Source: a virus
Lineage: Duplodnaviria; Caudoviricetes
IMG/VR virus record: IMGVR_UViG_3300047561_001022
Coordinates: 1-27,659 of that record
Length of the DNA stretch: 27,659 nucleotides
Reading direction: 5' to 3' (one strand)
Shown here: piece after piece, positions 1 to 8,850 of the stretch
Position numbering within the stretch: the stretch's first letter is position 1
How the letters are laid out: each line of letters starts with the position of its first letter
Notes under the pieces: model-generated
The model's input: only the letters and a program-made list of their open reading frames with translations
Databases searched by the model: none
Told to the model about the DNA's origin: nothing
Made by a program: the position numbers and the translations under genes

Positions 1-2
1 CA

Positions 3-188
3 TTTGAATCTGGCACGTTAATTTCACTTAAATGGATTCCAAATGGTGCCACTGCTGGTGCAGATACCTACACTACCAGTGTTGGCCAGATCACCAGCAT
101 TGATTTACCTGCTATCGATGCATCAAGCGCGGGCCCAATCATGGCATCATTCACGTTGCGATGTGCAAGCGTTACCCACACCACTTAG
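3..188 (+). CDS. Major tail protein, 3' fragment (allelic variant of 26727..27173)
   Basis: Manual translation FESGTLISLKWIPNGATAGADTYTTSVGQ...CASVTHTT* matches the C-terminus of 26727..27173. Confidence 0.9.
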   Translation, partial: FESGTLISLKWIPNGATAGADTYTTSVGQITSIDLPAIDASSAGPIMASFTLRCASVTHTT

Positions 189-204
189 TCTGATTATGCA
201 CAGT

Positions 205-233
205 TTGCGTGGTTGGCAGTGCTAGCCACGCAA
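205..233 (+). terminator. Stem-loop after the major tail gene (terminator/attenuator-like; second copy at 27188..27216)
   Basis: ttgcgtggttggc...gctagccacgcaa pairs with G:U wobbles and is identical in both terminal copies. No U-tract. Confidence 0.5.
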
Positions 234-252
234 CACTATAGGAGAACAACAC

Positions 253-468
253 ATGTACAGCATCGATGCAACGAAGTTAACTATTCGCGACGTGGCAAAC
301 CTTGTGAAGGCTGGCCAATCCAATAATTTAGATGCACTGCTACCAATCATGAATAAATGTGTATTGACAGATGACGGCCGCCTTGCAGAAGATTTGCCTG
401 CCAATCATTTGGCGCAAATCATCACTGCTATTGTCAGTCGTGTATCAGGTGAAACAAACCCAAAATAG
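253..468 (+). CDS. Tail assembly chaperone (gpG-like)
   Basis: Lies between major tail and tape measure genes, has an AGGAG RBS, and ends at a slippery heptamer. Confidence 0.8.
   Translation: MYSIDATKLTIRDVANLVKAGQSNNLDALLPIMNKCVLTDDGRLAEDLPANHLAQIITAIVSRVSGETNPK
459..465 (+). other. Programmed -1 frameshift site C CCA AAA
   Basis: X XXY YYZ heptamer directly before TAG. The -1 frame (ATA GCA ATG GCA) runs into ORF 471..656. Conserved at 27447..27453. Confidence 0.8.
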
Positions 469-470
469 CA

Positions 471-656
471 ATGGCATTGCGTGCACACCTATGGACCAAA
501 GCACCAATGCCTATTGAATACTTGGAATTAGTATTGTGTCGTGATGTGTATCACTGCACACCAGCGAATCTGCCAGACTGGCAAACCATCTCCGAACACT
601 TGGCACTGATGGCCATTGAATCTGAAGTGAACGAACACAAGGCAAAGAAAAAATGA
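471..656 (+). CDS. Tail assembly chaperone gpT-like moiety (probably made as a G-T fusion)
   Basis: In the -1 frame relative to 253..468, has no clear RBS, and overlaps the TMP start (ATGA). Confidence 0.75.
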   Translation: MALRAHLWTKAPMPIEYLELVLCRDVYHCTPANLPDWQTISEHLALMAIESEVNEHKAKKK

Positions 657-2509
657 GTGATACCACAGTACTAATTCGTTTCTTAGGCGAGGATGATGTA
701 ACACCAGTGGCTGCCAATGTTACCAACAGCGTGGAAGGCCTTGGCAGTGCTACCAAAAATGCTGGTAAAGGTTTTGGCGCGCTGCAATCTATTGCCACTG
801 GCGCATTTCAGGCTATCGGAGGTGCAGCAGTAAATCTGGCAGGTGCGGCATTATCGAAGATGACTGATTTTATATCAGGCAGCATTGCAGAAGCAAGTGA
901 ATTTCAGTCTATATTTGCACAAACTGAAGCAGTGGTGAAATCCACTGGCATGGCGGCTGGACTGACTGCACAACAAATCGCAGATATGGCCAATGCCATG
1001 AGTGCGAGCAGCGGCACCAGCATTTTTGCTGATGATGCAATTTTAGGTGCACAAAATGTACTAGCCACATTCGCGCAAATTCAAGGCACGAATTTTGGTG
1101 ATGCAACACAATCGATTTTGGATATTAGCCAAGCTATGGGTACTGATTTGCAATCATCAGCACTGCAAGTAGGCAAGGCCCTAAACGATCCTGTAGCAGG
1201 CATTAGTGCATTGTCGCGTGTGGGTGTTTCATTCACTGACAGCCAAAAGGCGATGATCGAAGCAATGGTAGAAACAGGTGATGTGGCTGGTGCACAGAAA
1301 ATCATCTTGGCAGAACTAAACAAAGAGTTTGGTGGCAGTGCTGCTGCTGCTGTTGATACCTATGCAGGACAGCAGGCAGTACTAGCAGCACAGTTTGCAG
1401 ATATTCAGCAGACGTTAGGCGAGGCACTGCTACCTGTACTGGTGCGATTTGGCAGTTATGCGAGTGAAGTATTAGTGCCAATCATTGGCGATTTAGTCAC
1501 GCAATTTTCAAAATTCATTACCAGTGTTGATTGGCCAGGTATCATATCTGCTATTGATGAATTGTATTTATCATCAGATGCATTTATCACTGGCATTGAT
1601 TGGAATGGCACATTAGCTTCGATACAGGCGGGGTTTAATTCATTCATGGTGGCCATTGCGCCAATCACTGCTGCCATTAGCAATCTGTATGCAGTGGCAA
1701 TGCCAGCACTGACTGCACTATACAATGCAATCGTGACACAATTAGCATCACCACAAGCACAAGGCTATATACAAAACATTGTTACCATATTTGGTTTGTT
1801 GGGAGATATTCTAATAGGCGTAGTATCACTGGCAATCAATAGCATGGCAGTACAGGTAAAAGGGCTAATGCAGGCGTTTCAATTCCTATGGCCGTATATT
1901 CAGATTGTTATTAATGGCATGATGGCAATTATCGCACCATGGCAGGCACTGATTATTGGCGCACTCACTGCCATAAGTCAATTGCTGAAGGGTGATTTTG
2001 CAGGCGCGTGGTCAACAATTCAGGCTGCAGTGAGTGTGTTTGTTAGCACGGTGCAAACGGCCATTGGTACATTTGTTACAGATGTATCAGCCAAGATTAG
2101 TGGCCTTGTGTCGTCAATTGTGACAGAAGCAACGGCTGTTGGTAAAAGCATTGCAGATGGCATTGCCAAAGGTATTAGTAATGGTGTGGCAGCGATCACC
2201 AATGCTGCCAAAAAAGCTGCACAATCTGCACTTGACGCAGCTATGGCATTGCTCGGTATTGCATCGCCATCAAAGGTGTTTGCAAATCTTGTTGGTAAAC
2301 CTATTTCGCAAGGTATGGCGGCTGGCATTATGGCAGGATTGCCAGACGTGCAAAACGCCATGAATGCCACGCTAGGAAGTGGTATTAATTCAGCACAGGC
2401 AACAGTGCAGAATTATTACCAGCTATCAGCCACGTATAATACACAACAGAGTGAATCAAGCATTATGGCAGACTTCAATGCCATGCAGGTACTAGCAGGT
2501 GGTATATAA
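653..2509 (+). CDS. Tape measure protein
   Basis: 618 aa, Ala/Gly-rich and helical. Contains GKALNDPVAGISALSRVG and C-terminal LGIASPSKVF motifs. Position fits. Confidence 0.93.
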   Translation: MSDTTVLIRFLGEDDVTPVAANVTNSVEGLGSATKNAGKGFGALQSIATGAFQAIGGAAVNLAGAALSKMTDFISGSIAEASEFQSIFAQTEAVVKSTGMAAGLTAQQIADMANAMSASSGTSIFADDAILGAQNVLATFAQIQGTNFGDATQSILDISQAMGTDLQSSALQVGKALNDPVAGISALSRVGVSFTDSQKAMIEAMVETGDVAGAQKIILAELNKEFGGSAAAAVDTYAGQQAVLAAQFADIQQTLGEALLPVLVRFGSYASEVLVPIIGDLVTQFSKFITSVDWPGIISAIDELYLSSDAFITGIDWNGTLASIQAGFNSFMVAIAPITAAISNLYAVAMPALTALYNAIVTQLASPQAQGYIQNIVTIFGLLGDILIGVVSLAINSMAVQVKGLMQAFQFLWPYIQIVINGMMAIIAPWQALIIGALTAISQLLKGDFAGAWSTIQAAVSVFVSTVQTAIGTFVTDVSAKISGLVSSIVTEATAVGKSIADGIAKGISNGVAAITNAAKKAAQSALDAAMALLGIASPSKVFANLVGKPISQGMAAGIMAGLPDVQNAMNATLGSGINSAQATVQNYYQLSATYNTQQSESSIMADFNAMQVLAGGI

Positions 2510-3411
2510 TGGCATACACACTTACCTATAGCATACAAGGCATCACATACACACTTAATGGCTATGATGCAGTGTCAGGCCTGACGTTTAACTATTTGGG
2601 TGATCTTGGATTTGGCATGGCACCACTACATCGAATCACGCAACGCGGACCACTGCAGCAGGGTGATTCGGATGTAGATTTTCGCCTTGATCCAAGAGTA
2701 TTACAGTTGCCATTCATTTTCACTGCTAATACCATGACAGAACACTACACAATCAGAGATAAATTACTAGCGATATTTTCACCATCAAACGTGGTTGGCA
2801 CACTCACCATTACACGGCCTGATGGCACACAGCGTGCTATTGCCACAAAGATATTAGGTGGTTTGTCACTCGATGTGGATAGCAAATCAGGCTATAGCGT
2901 GAAAACCATTGTGCAGATGCGTGCAGATGATCCTACCTGGTACAATCCTGCACAGAACATCATTGCTGGTACACCTGCCATTTTAGGCACTCCCACACCG
3001 ATACCGCGGTTATATCCTGTAACCTATGGTGCAGGTGGTACTATCAGTGTAAATACGGCCGTGGCATATACTGGTACATGGAACTCATACCCAAACATTG
3101 TGGCAGTAGGGCCGTTGAATAGCTTAGTAATTCAAAATACCACCACAGGAGATGCAATTACACTCACTGCAAATATTGCTGCGCTTAATACATTCACGTT
3201 TGATTTACGCTATGGGTATAAAACCGTGGTAAATCAGTTAGGTGCAAATCAATTGGCAAACATCAGTGCTGCATCAAATTTAGCTACATTTAATCTGGCA
3301 CCAATGCCACAAGTAATTGGTGGTGTAAATACCATTTCAATTACTGCCACGGGTGGCACGTCTGCAAGTGCAGTAACGCTTACGTACAATGATAGATTTA
3401 TAGGAGTATAA
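2509..3411 (+). CDS. Distal tail (Dit)-like protein
   Basis: 300 aa directly after the TMP, with A-x-DP-x-WY motif and C-terminal GGVNTI...YNDRFIGV. Confidence 0.8.
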   Translation: MAYTLTYSIQGITYTLNGYDAVSGLTFNYLGDLGFGMAPLHRITQRGPLQQGDSDVDFRLDPRVLQLPFIFTANTMTEHYTIRDKLLAIFSPSNVVGTLTITRPDGTQRAIATKILGGLSLDVDSKSGYSVKTIVQMRADDPTWYNPAQNIIAGTPAILGTPTPIPRLYPVTYGAGGTISVNTAVAYTGTWNSYPNIVAVGPLNSLVIQNTTTGDAITLTANIAALNTFTFDLRYGYKTVVNQLGANQLANISAASNLATFNLAPMPQVIGGVNTISITATGGTSASAVTLTYNDRFIGV

Positions 3412-3416
3412 CCACC

Positions 3417-4334
3417 ATGGCTGAACAATCAATTGGGTATGCCACCACTGGCACGGGCGACGGCCCTGCTGCAGGCTATGATTCTGCACGAATGACGGTA
3501 ATCGAAGCAAAAACATTAGGCATCGGCGTATTACTGCAAGGCAGCTATTTGGCACAATCAGGTACAGGAACTGCCACGCTAGCCATTGCAGATGGCAGTG
3601 CAGTGGTGGCTACAGGCACTACGTCTGTTACTGGTGGCTATTTATATGAGAATACCAGCAGTGCCAGCATTGCAGTAGGAGCGGTGGCGAATGGCACGTA
3701 TTTCTTGGTTATCCTAGCCAATGAGTCTGGCGCAAGTGTAACTGTTACGCGATCAGTGGCAGGCACTACCATTACCACCAAAACCACGCGGCTGGCGTTG
3801 GCCACCAGTGCACAATTAACCACTGCTGCACAGCCTTATATCACACTTGGCACGGTTACTGTAGCATCTGGCCTTGTAAGTGCGATTGCGTCATACTATG
3901 CATATGCTACTACACGTCAGCTGGCACCAGCAATTTATGCCACCATGAGCGGTGGCACAGCCGGATTAACTGCAGCAAATACTGATTATCAAATTGGCAG
4001 TTTTTCATCATCAACCAACAGTGCTGATGGCACAATTTCATTAGATGCACCATCAGGAACGATTACAATTCTTGCGAGTGGGTTTTATATATTTTCTGTG
4101 CAGGTCACATTTAGTGCAGGCATTACAGGAAATCGACGAATCACAATGGATAATGTGATTATTTATCCACCAGTATCTGCCGCACTGTTTGCCACAGGAT
4201 CAAATTTTGTTGGAACCTATTCAACATTTATTTCTGTAACTGCTGGCAGCTACACTGCTACCAATGTAAAAGCGTGGTCAAGCGTTGTTGGTCAAACGGT
4301 AACTAATTGTATTGTCAATGTGAAGCGCATCTAA
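3417..4334 (+). CDS. Minor tail / receptor-binding protein with C-terminal C1q/TNF-like beta-sandwich
   Basis: Ser/Thr/Ala/Gly-rich. Contains GTITILASGFYIFSVQVTF. Located in the tail module. Confidence 0.6.
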   Translation: MAEQSIGYATTGTGDGPAAGYDSARMTVIEAKTLGIGVLLQGSYLAQSGTGTATLAIADGSAVVATGTTSVTGGYLYENTSSASIAVGAVANGTYFLVILANESGASVTVTRSVAGTTITTKTTRLALATSAQLTTAAQPYITLGTVTVASGLVSAIASYYAYATTRQLAPAIYATMSGGTAGLTAANTDYQIGSFSSSTNSADGTISLDAPSGTITILASGFYIFSVQVTFSAGITGNRRITMDNVIIYPPVSAALFATGSNFVGTYSTFISVTAGSYTATNVKAWSSVVGQTVTNCIVNVKRI

Positions 4335-5435
4335 ATGGCACCTATTTACACAATGACTATCTACAATGCCAGTGGCGTAATCCAAACTATAGCCACGGAT
4401 TATATGCAATTGGGAATTAGCAGGCAGGTAAACGCCATTGACGGTTTGACATTTAGCATGGCTAGCACGTCACCTAACGCACAATACCTGCAGTATGGGT
4501 ATATTGTGTCAGTGACACGCCAAGACACAACACAAGGCATTACTGCAAGTGTTGAATTTGCTGGCATGATTCGACGTATCAGCCGCGTGGTTAGTACACA
4601 AACCATTTACCAGATTACGGCTGTATCAATGATGGCCCTGCTATCCGATCGCGTGGTCGCATACCGTGCCAACGTGGCAAACAGAAGCGTATTTTCTGCA
4701 GTGGTTGCAGAAACCATTCTTAAAACGCTATTTAACTATAACTGCACGGCCTTGGCAGTCACTGGCACCACGTCACAACGTATTATTAATGGCAATACTA
4801 CAGGCATGACCACTGCTGCAAGTGCTGGTGGTGGCAGTGTAGTAAGTATTGCCTGTAGCATGCAAAATCTACTCGACACTATGCAGAAGGTGGCGGTAGG
4901 TAATGGCGGTGATTTTGATATGATATGGACTGCACCAGCAACATACACATTCACCTGGTATTTAGGCCAGCGCGGCACTAATCGAAGTAGCACAGTAATT
5001 CTATCAGTGGCCACTGGCGCCATTGCAGAACTGCAAGTAGTAACTGATAAGATTCAAGATTTCACCAATGTTATTTTAGGTGGCAGTGGCGAATCATTGG
5101 CGCGCGGCATGTATAGCAGGCCTGCAGTACTAAAAACAGAGTTATCTAATCGCGAAGAATTCATAGATGCGCGTAATCAAGGTGCAGGCACTACCACTGC
5201 AAATTACAATAGCATGGGTGATAGTGCACTAGCACTACAGGATAAACGTGATACCGTGTACACCGTCAAGCTTACACAAAACGCGGCATTGAAATACGGC
5301 CGTGATTACTTCTTTGGTGATTTAGTCAGCATCAATGACAATGGCACGCTAATCACGCAAAAGGTGCAAGGTGTAGAAATGAAGTTTGATAATAATGGGA
5401 GTGAATCAGTAAATGTCAAACTTGCTAACCAATAA
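4335..5435 (+). CDS. Baseplate hub / siphovirus Gp37-like minor tail protein
   Basis: 366 aa with GGSGE..R, REEFIDAR and YGRDYFFGDLVS motifs typical of ReqiPepy6 Gp37-like proteins. Confidence 0.8.
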   Translation: MAPIYTMTIYNASGVIQTIATDYMQLGISRQVNAIDGLTFSMASTSPNAQYLQYGYIVSVTRQDTTQGITASVEFAGMIRRISRVVSTQTIYQITAVSMMALLSDRVVAYRANVANRSVFSAVVAETILKTLFNYNCTALAVTGTTSQRIINGNTTGMTTAASAGGGSVVSIACSMQNLLDTMQKVAVGNGGDFDMIWTAPATYTFTWYLGQRGTNRSSTVILSVATGAIAELQVVTDKIQDFTNVILGGSGESLARGMYSRPAVLKTELSNREEFIDARNQGAGTTTANYNSMGDSALALQDKRDTVYTVKLTQNAALKYGRDYFFGDLVSINDNGTLITQKVQGVEMKFDNNGSESVNVKLANQ

Positions 5436-5892
5436 CCTTGCAAGTGTAATGAATGAAGTGCAGGATTTGCAACGCGTCGAAACACCCGCCGCCGCCCTAA
5501 CGTTGACTCGGTCAGCAACGCTAGCAATCACGACGGCAGGCACCATCATCACGTGGCAGACCGAAACACGAAACAACGGTTTTACATGGTCAGGCACGGA
5601 CATTACCATACCAACCGCTGGATATTACACAATCGATTTGGCAATCGCCACAAACGCCGCGCCAACAATGAATTTTCAACGGGTGGTCAATGGTGTACTG
5701 ATTGGTTCATTTTCTTACACGCCCGGTACGACGAATTACTTTGGTGCAACGGGTACGCATTACTATGCAACGGGAACTACGCTTGCAATCAGGCTTGTGC
5801 CAAATGCCGGTGTCACCATTACCGTAGCCGCAGAAAATGTACTTACTGAATCGCCAATCCTCCACATCGTACAACTTACAGGAGCCGTCTAA
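5413..5892 (+). CDS. Short tail fibre / receptor-binding protein (coiled-coil leader plus C1q-like domain)
   Basis: N-terminal heptads (VQDLQRVE), an ITIPTAGYY motif, and a fibre chaperone gene directly downstream. Confidence 0.6.
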   Translation: MSNLLTNNLASVMNEVQDLQRVETPAAALTLTRSATLAITTAGTIITWQTETRNNGFTWSGTDITIPTAGYYTIDLAIATNAAPTMNFQRVVNGVLIGSFSYTPGTTNYFGATGTHYYATGTTLAIRLVPNAGVTITVAAENVLTESPILHIVQLTGAV

Positions 5893-6210
5893 ATGATTAT
5901 TTACCGCTTACTACTGGCAGTGCCTGAAATTGCATACTTGTATGCAGATGAGTTTGGCACCTATTACGACACGCCACCAGCTGACAGTTACATTGTAGAT
6001 TCACCAGACAAAGATCAGGCAATGCGCGATGTACGAAAATATCGGAATGAGTTACTACTTGAATCAGACTATACGCAATTGCCAGATGCACCACTTACAC
6101 CAGCACAAGTAACACAGTGGCGTGATTATCGTCAGGCATTGCGCGATTATCCTGAACAGATTAATGTACCAATGTGGAATGCACCACCATGGCCTGTTGC
6201 ACCACAGTAA
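5893..6210 (+). CDS. Tail fibre assembly chaperone (Phage_tail_APC-like)
   Basis: RNELLLESDYTQLPDAPL...WRDYRQALRD...WP signature. Confidence 0.88.
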   Translation: MIIYRLLLAVPEIAYLYADEFGTYYDTPPADSYIVDSPDKDQAMRDVRKYRNELLLESDYTQLPDAPLTPAQVTQWRDYRQALRDYPEQINVPMWNAPPWPVAPQ

Positions 6211-6224
6211 ATCTGTGCTATAAT
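6197..6224 (+). promoter_or_regulatory. Sigma70-type promoter with extended -10
   Basis: TTGCAC-16 nt-TATAAT with TG at the extended position (TGcTATAAT). Confidence 0.6.
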
Positions 6225-6250
6225 CTGTTTGTCGAAATAATCCAACACGC

Positions 6251-6301
6251 CACACAAACGCCACGGACCGCCACGCAAACCGAATGCGTGGCGTTTGTGT
6301 G
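6251..6301. repeat. Nested inverted repeats with alternative stems
   Basis: cacacaaacgccacg (6251-6265) or cgccacgca (6269-6277) can pair with tgcgtggcgtttgtgtg (6285-6301). Confidence 0.85.
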
Positions 6302-6388
6302 TTACAATCTATTTGCTAGTCTAGGCATCATTAAATAACGATTTTGACCGCATAGCTGGCGCGCGTGGTACCGAAATTAATACGCGAG

Positions 6389-6426
6389 ATAAACCCCAAT
6401 CTACTGTACACATGATTGGGGTTTAT
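6389..6426. repeat. 13-bp perfect inverted repeat (hairpin or operator)
   Basis: ataaaccccaatc-12 nt-gattggggtttat. Confidence 0.85.
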
Positions 6427-6443
6427 TGCGCCAAAATTGCCTA

Positions 6444-6472
6444 TTGCAATGTATATCAAAATGATGTACAAT
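6444..6472 (+). promoter_or_regulatory. Early promoter with embedded palindromic operator
   Basis: TTGCAA-17 nt-TACAAT. tgtatatca-aaa-tgatgtaca spans the spacer. Confidence 0.72.
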
Positions 6473-6513
6473 CACAACAGGTTATTCGCACTAGCACAGG
6501 AAGCAGGAACAAC

Positions 6514-6744
6514 ATGGCAGGTACGCGCAAGTGGTGGTCAGTCAAGAAGATTGGCGGCGAATTAAAGACAGTGCAGGCTGTTGATATTCGTAGTGCTGCA
6601 CTTAAATCGTTTGGTTTAAATCCAGCACGCCATGAATATGGCATTTGGTTTGATTCACAAACACGGATTGCACAGGTCACGAAGCACACGAAACATGGCA
6701 CAGTAATTGTTGGGGCCGTCGCTATTTACAATGAAGGTGTATGA
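6514..6744 (+). CDS. Hypothetical early protein
   Basis: AGGA RBS before ATG 6514. First ORF after the promoter. Confidence 0.7.
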   Translation: MAGTRKWWSVKKIGGELKTVQAVDIRSAALKSFGLNPARHEYGIWFDSQTRIAQVTKHTKHGTVIVGAVAIYNEGV

Positions 6745-6747
6745 GTA

Positions 6748-6951
6748 ATGCCAAAATTCATGATTTGCATTGACGGAAAAGTGTACGAAATATACTCACA
6801 GAATCGCACAAAGGCCGTGCAGGCTGCCATCAATGAACACTATGGCGAATGGTTAGAAGCCAAAGTGTTATTTGCACGGTACATGACTGGTGGCGTGGTG
6901 TATCAGGCCACCACGAGCCGTGGCCAAATTGAAGCAATCGTGAAGCAATAA
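6748..6951 (+). CDS. Hypothetical early protein
   Basis: Tightly packed in the operon. Confidence 0.7.
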   Translation: MPKFMICIDGKVYEIYSQNRTKAVQAAINEHYGEWLEAKVLFARYMTGGVVYQATTSRGQIEAIVKQ

Positions 6952-6963
6952 GGAGTAATGAAC

Positions 6964-7137
6964 ATGACAGCACAGCAAGAATACGAATTCGCACTACTAT
7001 CATTCTGGTACCAACGTGCAGAACGTCGTGGCGACGTGGTAGGCATGGCCAGCTACAATCGGCGAATATTTGCACTCATCAGTGCAGCATACCCATGGTA
7101 CTACAAGGCATTGCCAGAAACTGTGAAGGGTGAATAA
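6964..7137 (+). CDS. Hypothetical protein (57 aa, not in the ORF track)
   Basis: AGGAG RBS. MTAQQEYEFALLSFWYQRAERRGD...VKGE* fills the gap between neighbours. Confidence 0.7.
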   Translation: MTAQQEYEFALLSFWYQRAERRGDVVGMASYNRRIFALISAAYPWYYKALPETVKGE

Positions 7138-7138
7138 C

Positions 7139-7396
7139 ATGGATAGCAACAAAACGTTAGTGCGAGATTTGTATACCATCAATGCAAATCATTTTGCACG
7201 CTACGATATGAATGAAGTGGCGGTGAGTGCAGACCACAAACACGATCACCTGAAGGTGGTTATATCTGGCTACAAATCACAGGTGCAAATGGTGAATGAT
7301 GCACTAGGCATTGTGCAAACACGCATTGCAGAATTGGAACGGCTGGCGGCTGATTTGAATATGATTATGGAATCGATGCAGGAAGGCAAAAAGTAA
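7139..7396 (+). CDS. Hypothetical coiled-coil protein
   Basis: Tight packing and a heptad-like C-terminus. Confidence 0.7.
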   Translation: MDSNKTLVRDLYTINANHFARYDMNEVAVSADHKHDHLKVVISGYKSQVQMVNDALGIVQTRIAELERLAADLNMIMESMQEGKK

Positions 7397-7677
7397 TGAG
7401 TGAAGTAAAACGGATGTATTTTGAACGCGAAGTAATCGGCACGCCAGAAAACTGCAAACGCGTGTGGTCCGCAATGGTAGTGCATGATCGTGAAATGACG
7501 GGCATCACACTATGGCAGGATGGTCCGTGGTGGTGCATGACTGAAGAAACTAATAGCAAGATTTGCAGCAGCACATGGGGCAATGCACAGCACATCATGC
7601 AAGAGCTGGCAATGTACGGCCGGCAAGTAATCATTGATCACATTGATTTCAATGCGAGTAATTTCAATGTCGGATAA
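7396..7677 (+). CDS. Hypothetical protein
   Basis: TAATG translational coupling. Confidence 0.7.
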   Translation: MSEVKRMYFEREVIGTPENCKRVWSAMVVHDREMTGITLWQDGPWWCMTEETNSKICSSTWGNAQHIMQELAMYGRQVIIDHIDFNASNFNVG

Positions 7678-7873
7678 AAAGCGAATGATTATGTTGCGAC
7701 TGCCAGCAGTGATGATAGACAGCATCGATGCACTGGCAGAAGATAAGGGGTTAACACGTACCAGTATGGTAATCATGCTGCTAACGTCACCAATATTTAA
7801 GGCCTTGAATGAGAAAAGGAAGGAAGCACAGCGCAATGCCAGAGAATCTAAAACTGATGGCACACGGCCGTAA
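7667..7873 (+). CDS. Ribbon-helix-helix (CopG/Arc-like) DNA-binding protein
   Basis: KKRMIMLRLPAVMIDSIDALAEDKGLTRTSMV matches the RHH strand-helix-G-x-T-R-helix pattern. Confidence 0.8.
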   Translation: MSDKKRMIMLRLPAVMIDSIDALAEDKGLTRTSMVIMLLTSPIFKALNEKRKEAQRNARESKTDGTRP

Positions 7874-8030
7874 TCGCGAGTTTGTATGGTTTGTCTATCG
7901 CGAGTTTGGTAAGTGGTTGGTGGAAGTGGTGGCAGGCAATACGGCCAAATCATTTACTACCAGCACTGAAGACGATGCAATGAAACTGGTGGCCGATTTG
8001 CGTATGGATTACGAGTTAGGTAATTTCTAG
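7857..8030 (+). CDS. Hypothetical protein
   Basis: Overlaps the previous stop region and ends just before a hairpin. Confidence 0.6.
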   Translation: MAHGRNREFVWFVYREFGKWLVEVVAGNTAKSFTTSTEDDAMKLVADLRMDYELGNF

Positions 8031-8039
8031 GCACAACAC

Positions 8040-8069
8040 GGCCTGCAGTGGAACAACACACTGCAGGCC
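8040..8069. terminator. GC-rich hairpin
   Basis: ggcctgcagtg-8 nt-cactgcaggcc, intergenic. No U-tract on the + strand. Confidence 0.5.
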
Positions 8070-8128
8070 TAAAGCGAAGTAGCACAGGTATTCGCCAGAT
8101 CATTATACAAGATAGGAATAGCACAGGT

Positions 8129-8518
8129 ATGACCACTTCTTACAATCGGTTTATTCTCATGACAGATGCACAGTGGCTGCACGTATTACCAATGGTGCAC
8201 CAGGCTGATGGCACTATGGGTAATTTGATTAATCACCTGAAAACCACCACCAGCTATCTTGACAGTGCATACCCAATGGTTATTGGCACAGTATGCGTGG
8301 TGCGCTGCACAGGGTTCATGGCAGGTGGCGTGGCGTGGCATTCATCAGCTGGCACTGATGACAGCGTATTTTACCGCTGCCATTTTGCAGAAAACATTCT
8401 ATTTAGTGACAGCCAAGGCGAGTGGCGAGTATTTCGCAACACCATGCACTATGGCAATGGCGTAACGTTGGATAAACATCAGTATGTAGCACGATTGGAA
8501 CAAATACACCATGATTAA
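8129..8518 (+). CDS. Hypothetical protein
   Basis: AGGA upstream of ATG 8129. Overlaps the next gene. Confidence 0.65.
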   Translation: MTTSYNRFILMTDAQWLHVLPMVHQADGTMGNLINHLKTTTSYLDSAYPMVIGTVCVVRCTGFMAGGVAWHSSAGTDDSVFYRCHFAENILFSDSQGEWRVFRNTMHYGNGVTLDKHQYVARLEQIHHD

Positions 8519-8849
8519 TTACAGCGCAGATCAGGAATTGTTGGCAGTATCGATGCGTGACTATTTCGAAATTGATTCGGAAATTACTGCACTCGAAGCA
8601 ACACAAAAAGATATTCGCCGCAATATCGAAACATTGACCATTGCCATGGGTGGCAATGTGAAGCTGGCACACGTTGGCAGCGTGATTGTCACAGAGCCTA
8701 GCACTAGCCACAGCTACGACACCAAAAGCATCGATGCGTTACTGATGGAACTGATTGAGAATGGCGAACTAGGCACTGCCAAGAAAATCATGGAATGCAA
8801 AAAAGAAACCACGCGTGCTGGTGGTTTACGTATCACGAAGGCGAAATAG
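8511..8849 (+). CDS. Hypothetical protein (coiled coil plus beta; Gam/Gp157-like architecture possible)
   Basis: N-terminal coiled coil, C-terminal GLRIT strand, located upstream of replication genes. Family assignment is weak. Confidence 0.5.
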   Translation: MINYSADQELLAVSMRDYFEIDSEITALEATQKDIRRNIETLTIAMGGNVKLAHVGSVIVTEPSTSHSYDTKSIDALLMELIENGELGTAKKIMECKKETTRAGGLRITKAK

Positions 8850-8850
8850 C

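Larger units (their letters stand above)
1..671. repeat. Left copy of imperfect terminal direct repeat
   Basis: Aligns to 26986..27659 (catttgaa...atgagtgataccacngtac) and carries the same genes. Confidence 0.95.

Noticed and set aside
1-188. Diversity-generating retroelement TR/VR pair (with 26986..27173)
   Set aside because: Differences are not adenine-specific and many are synonymous. No reverse transcriptase is present.
43-225. ORF-track 60-aa protein
   Set aside because: Wrong frame. The coding frame is 3..188 (major tail C-terminus).
6412-6513. N-terminal extensions called by the ORF track (also 8048, 9397, 14333, 17815, 27148)
   Set aside because: They run through promoters, hairpins or another gene. 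Downstream starts have better RBS or coupling.
6514-6951. Possible paralogy of the first two early ORFs
   Set aside because: Only a vague beta-beta-helix pattern, too weak to claim without profile alignment.
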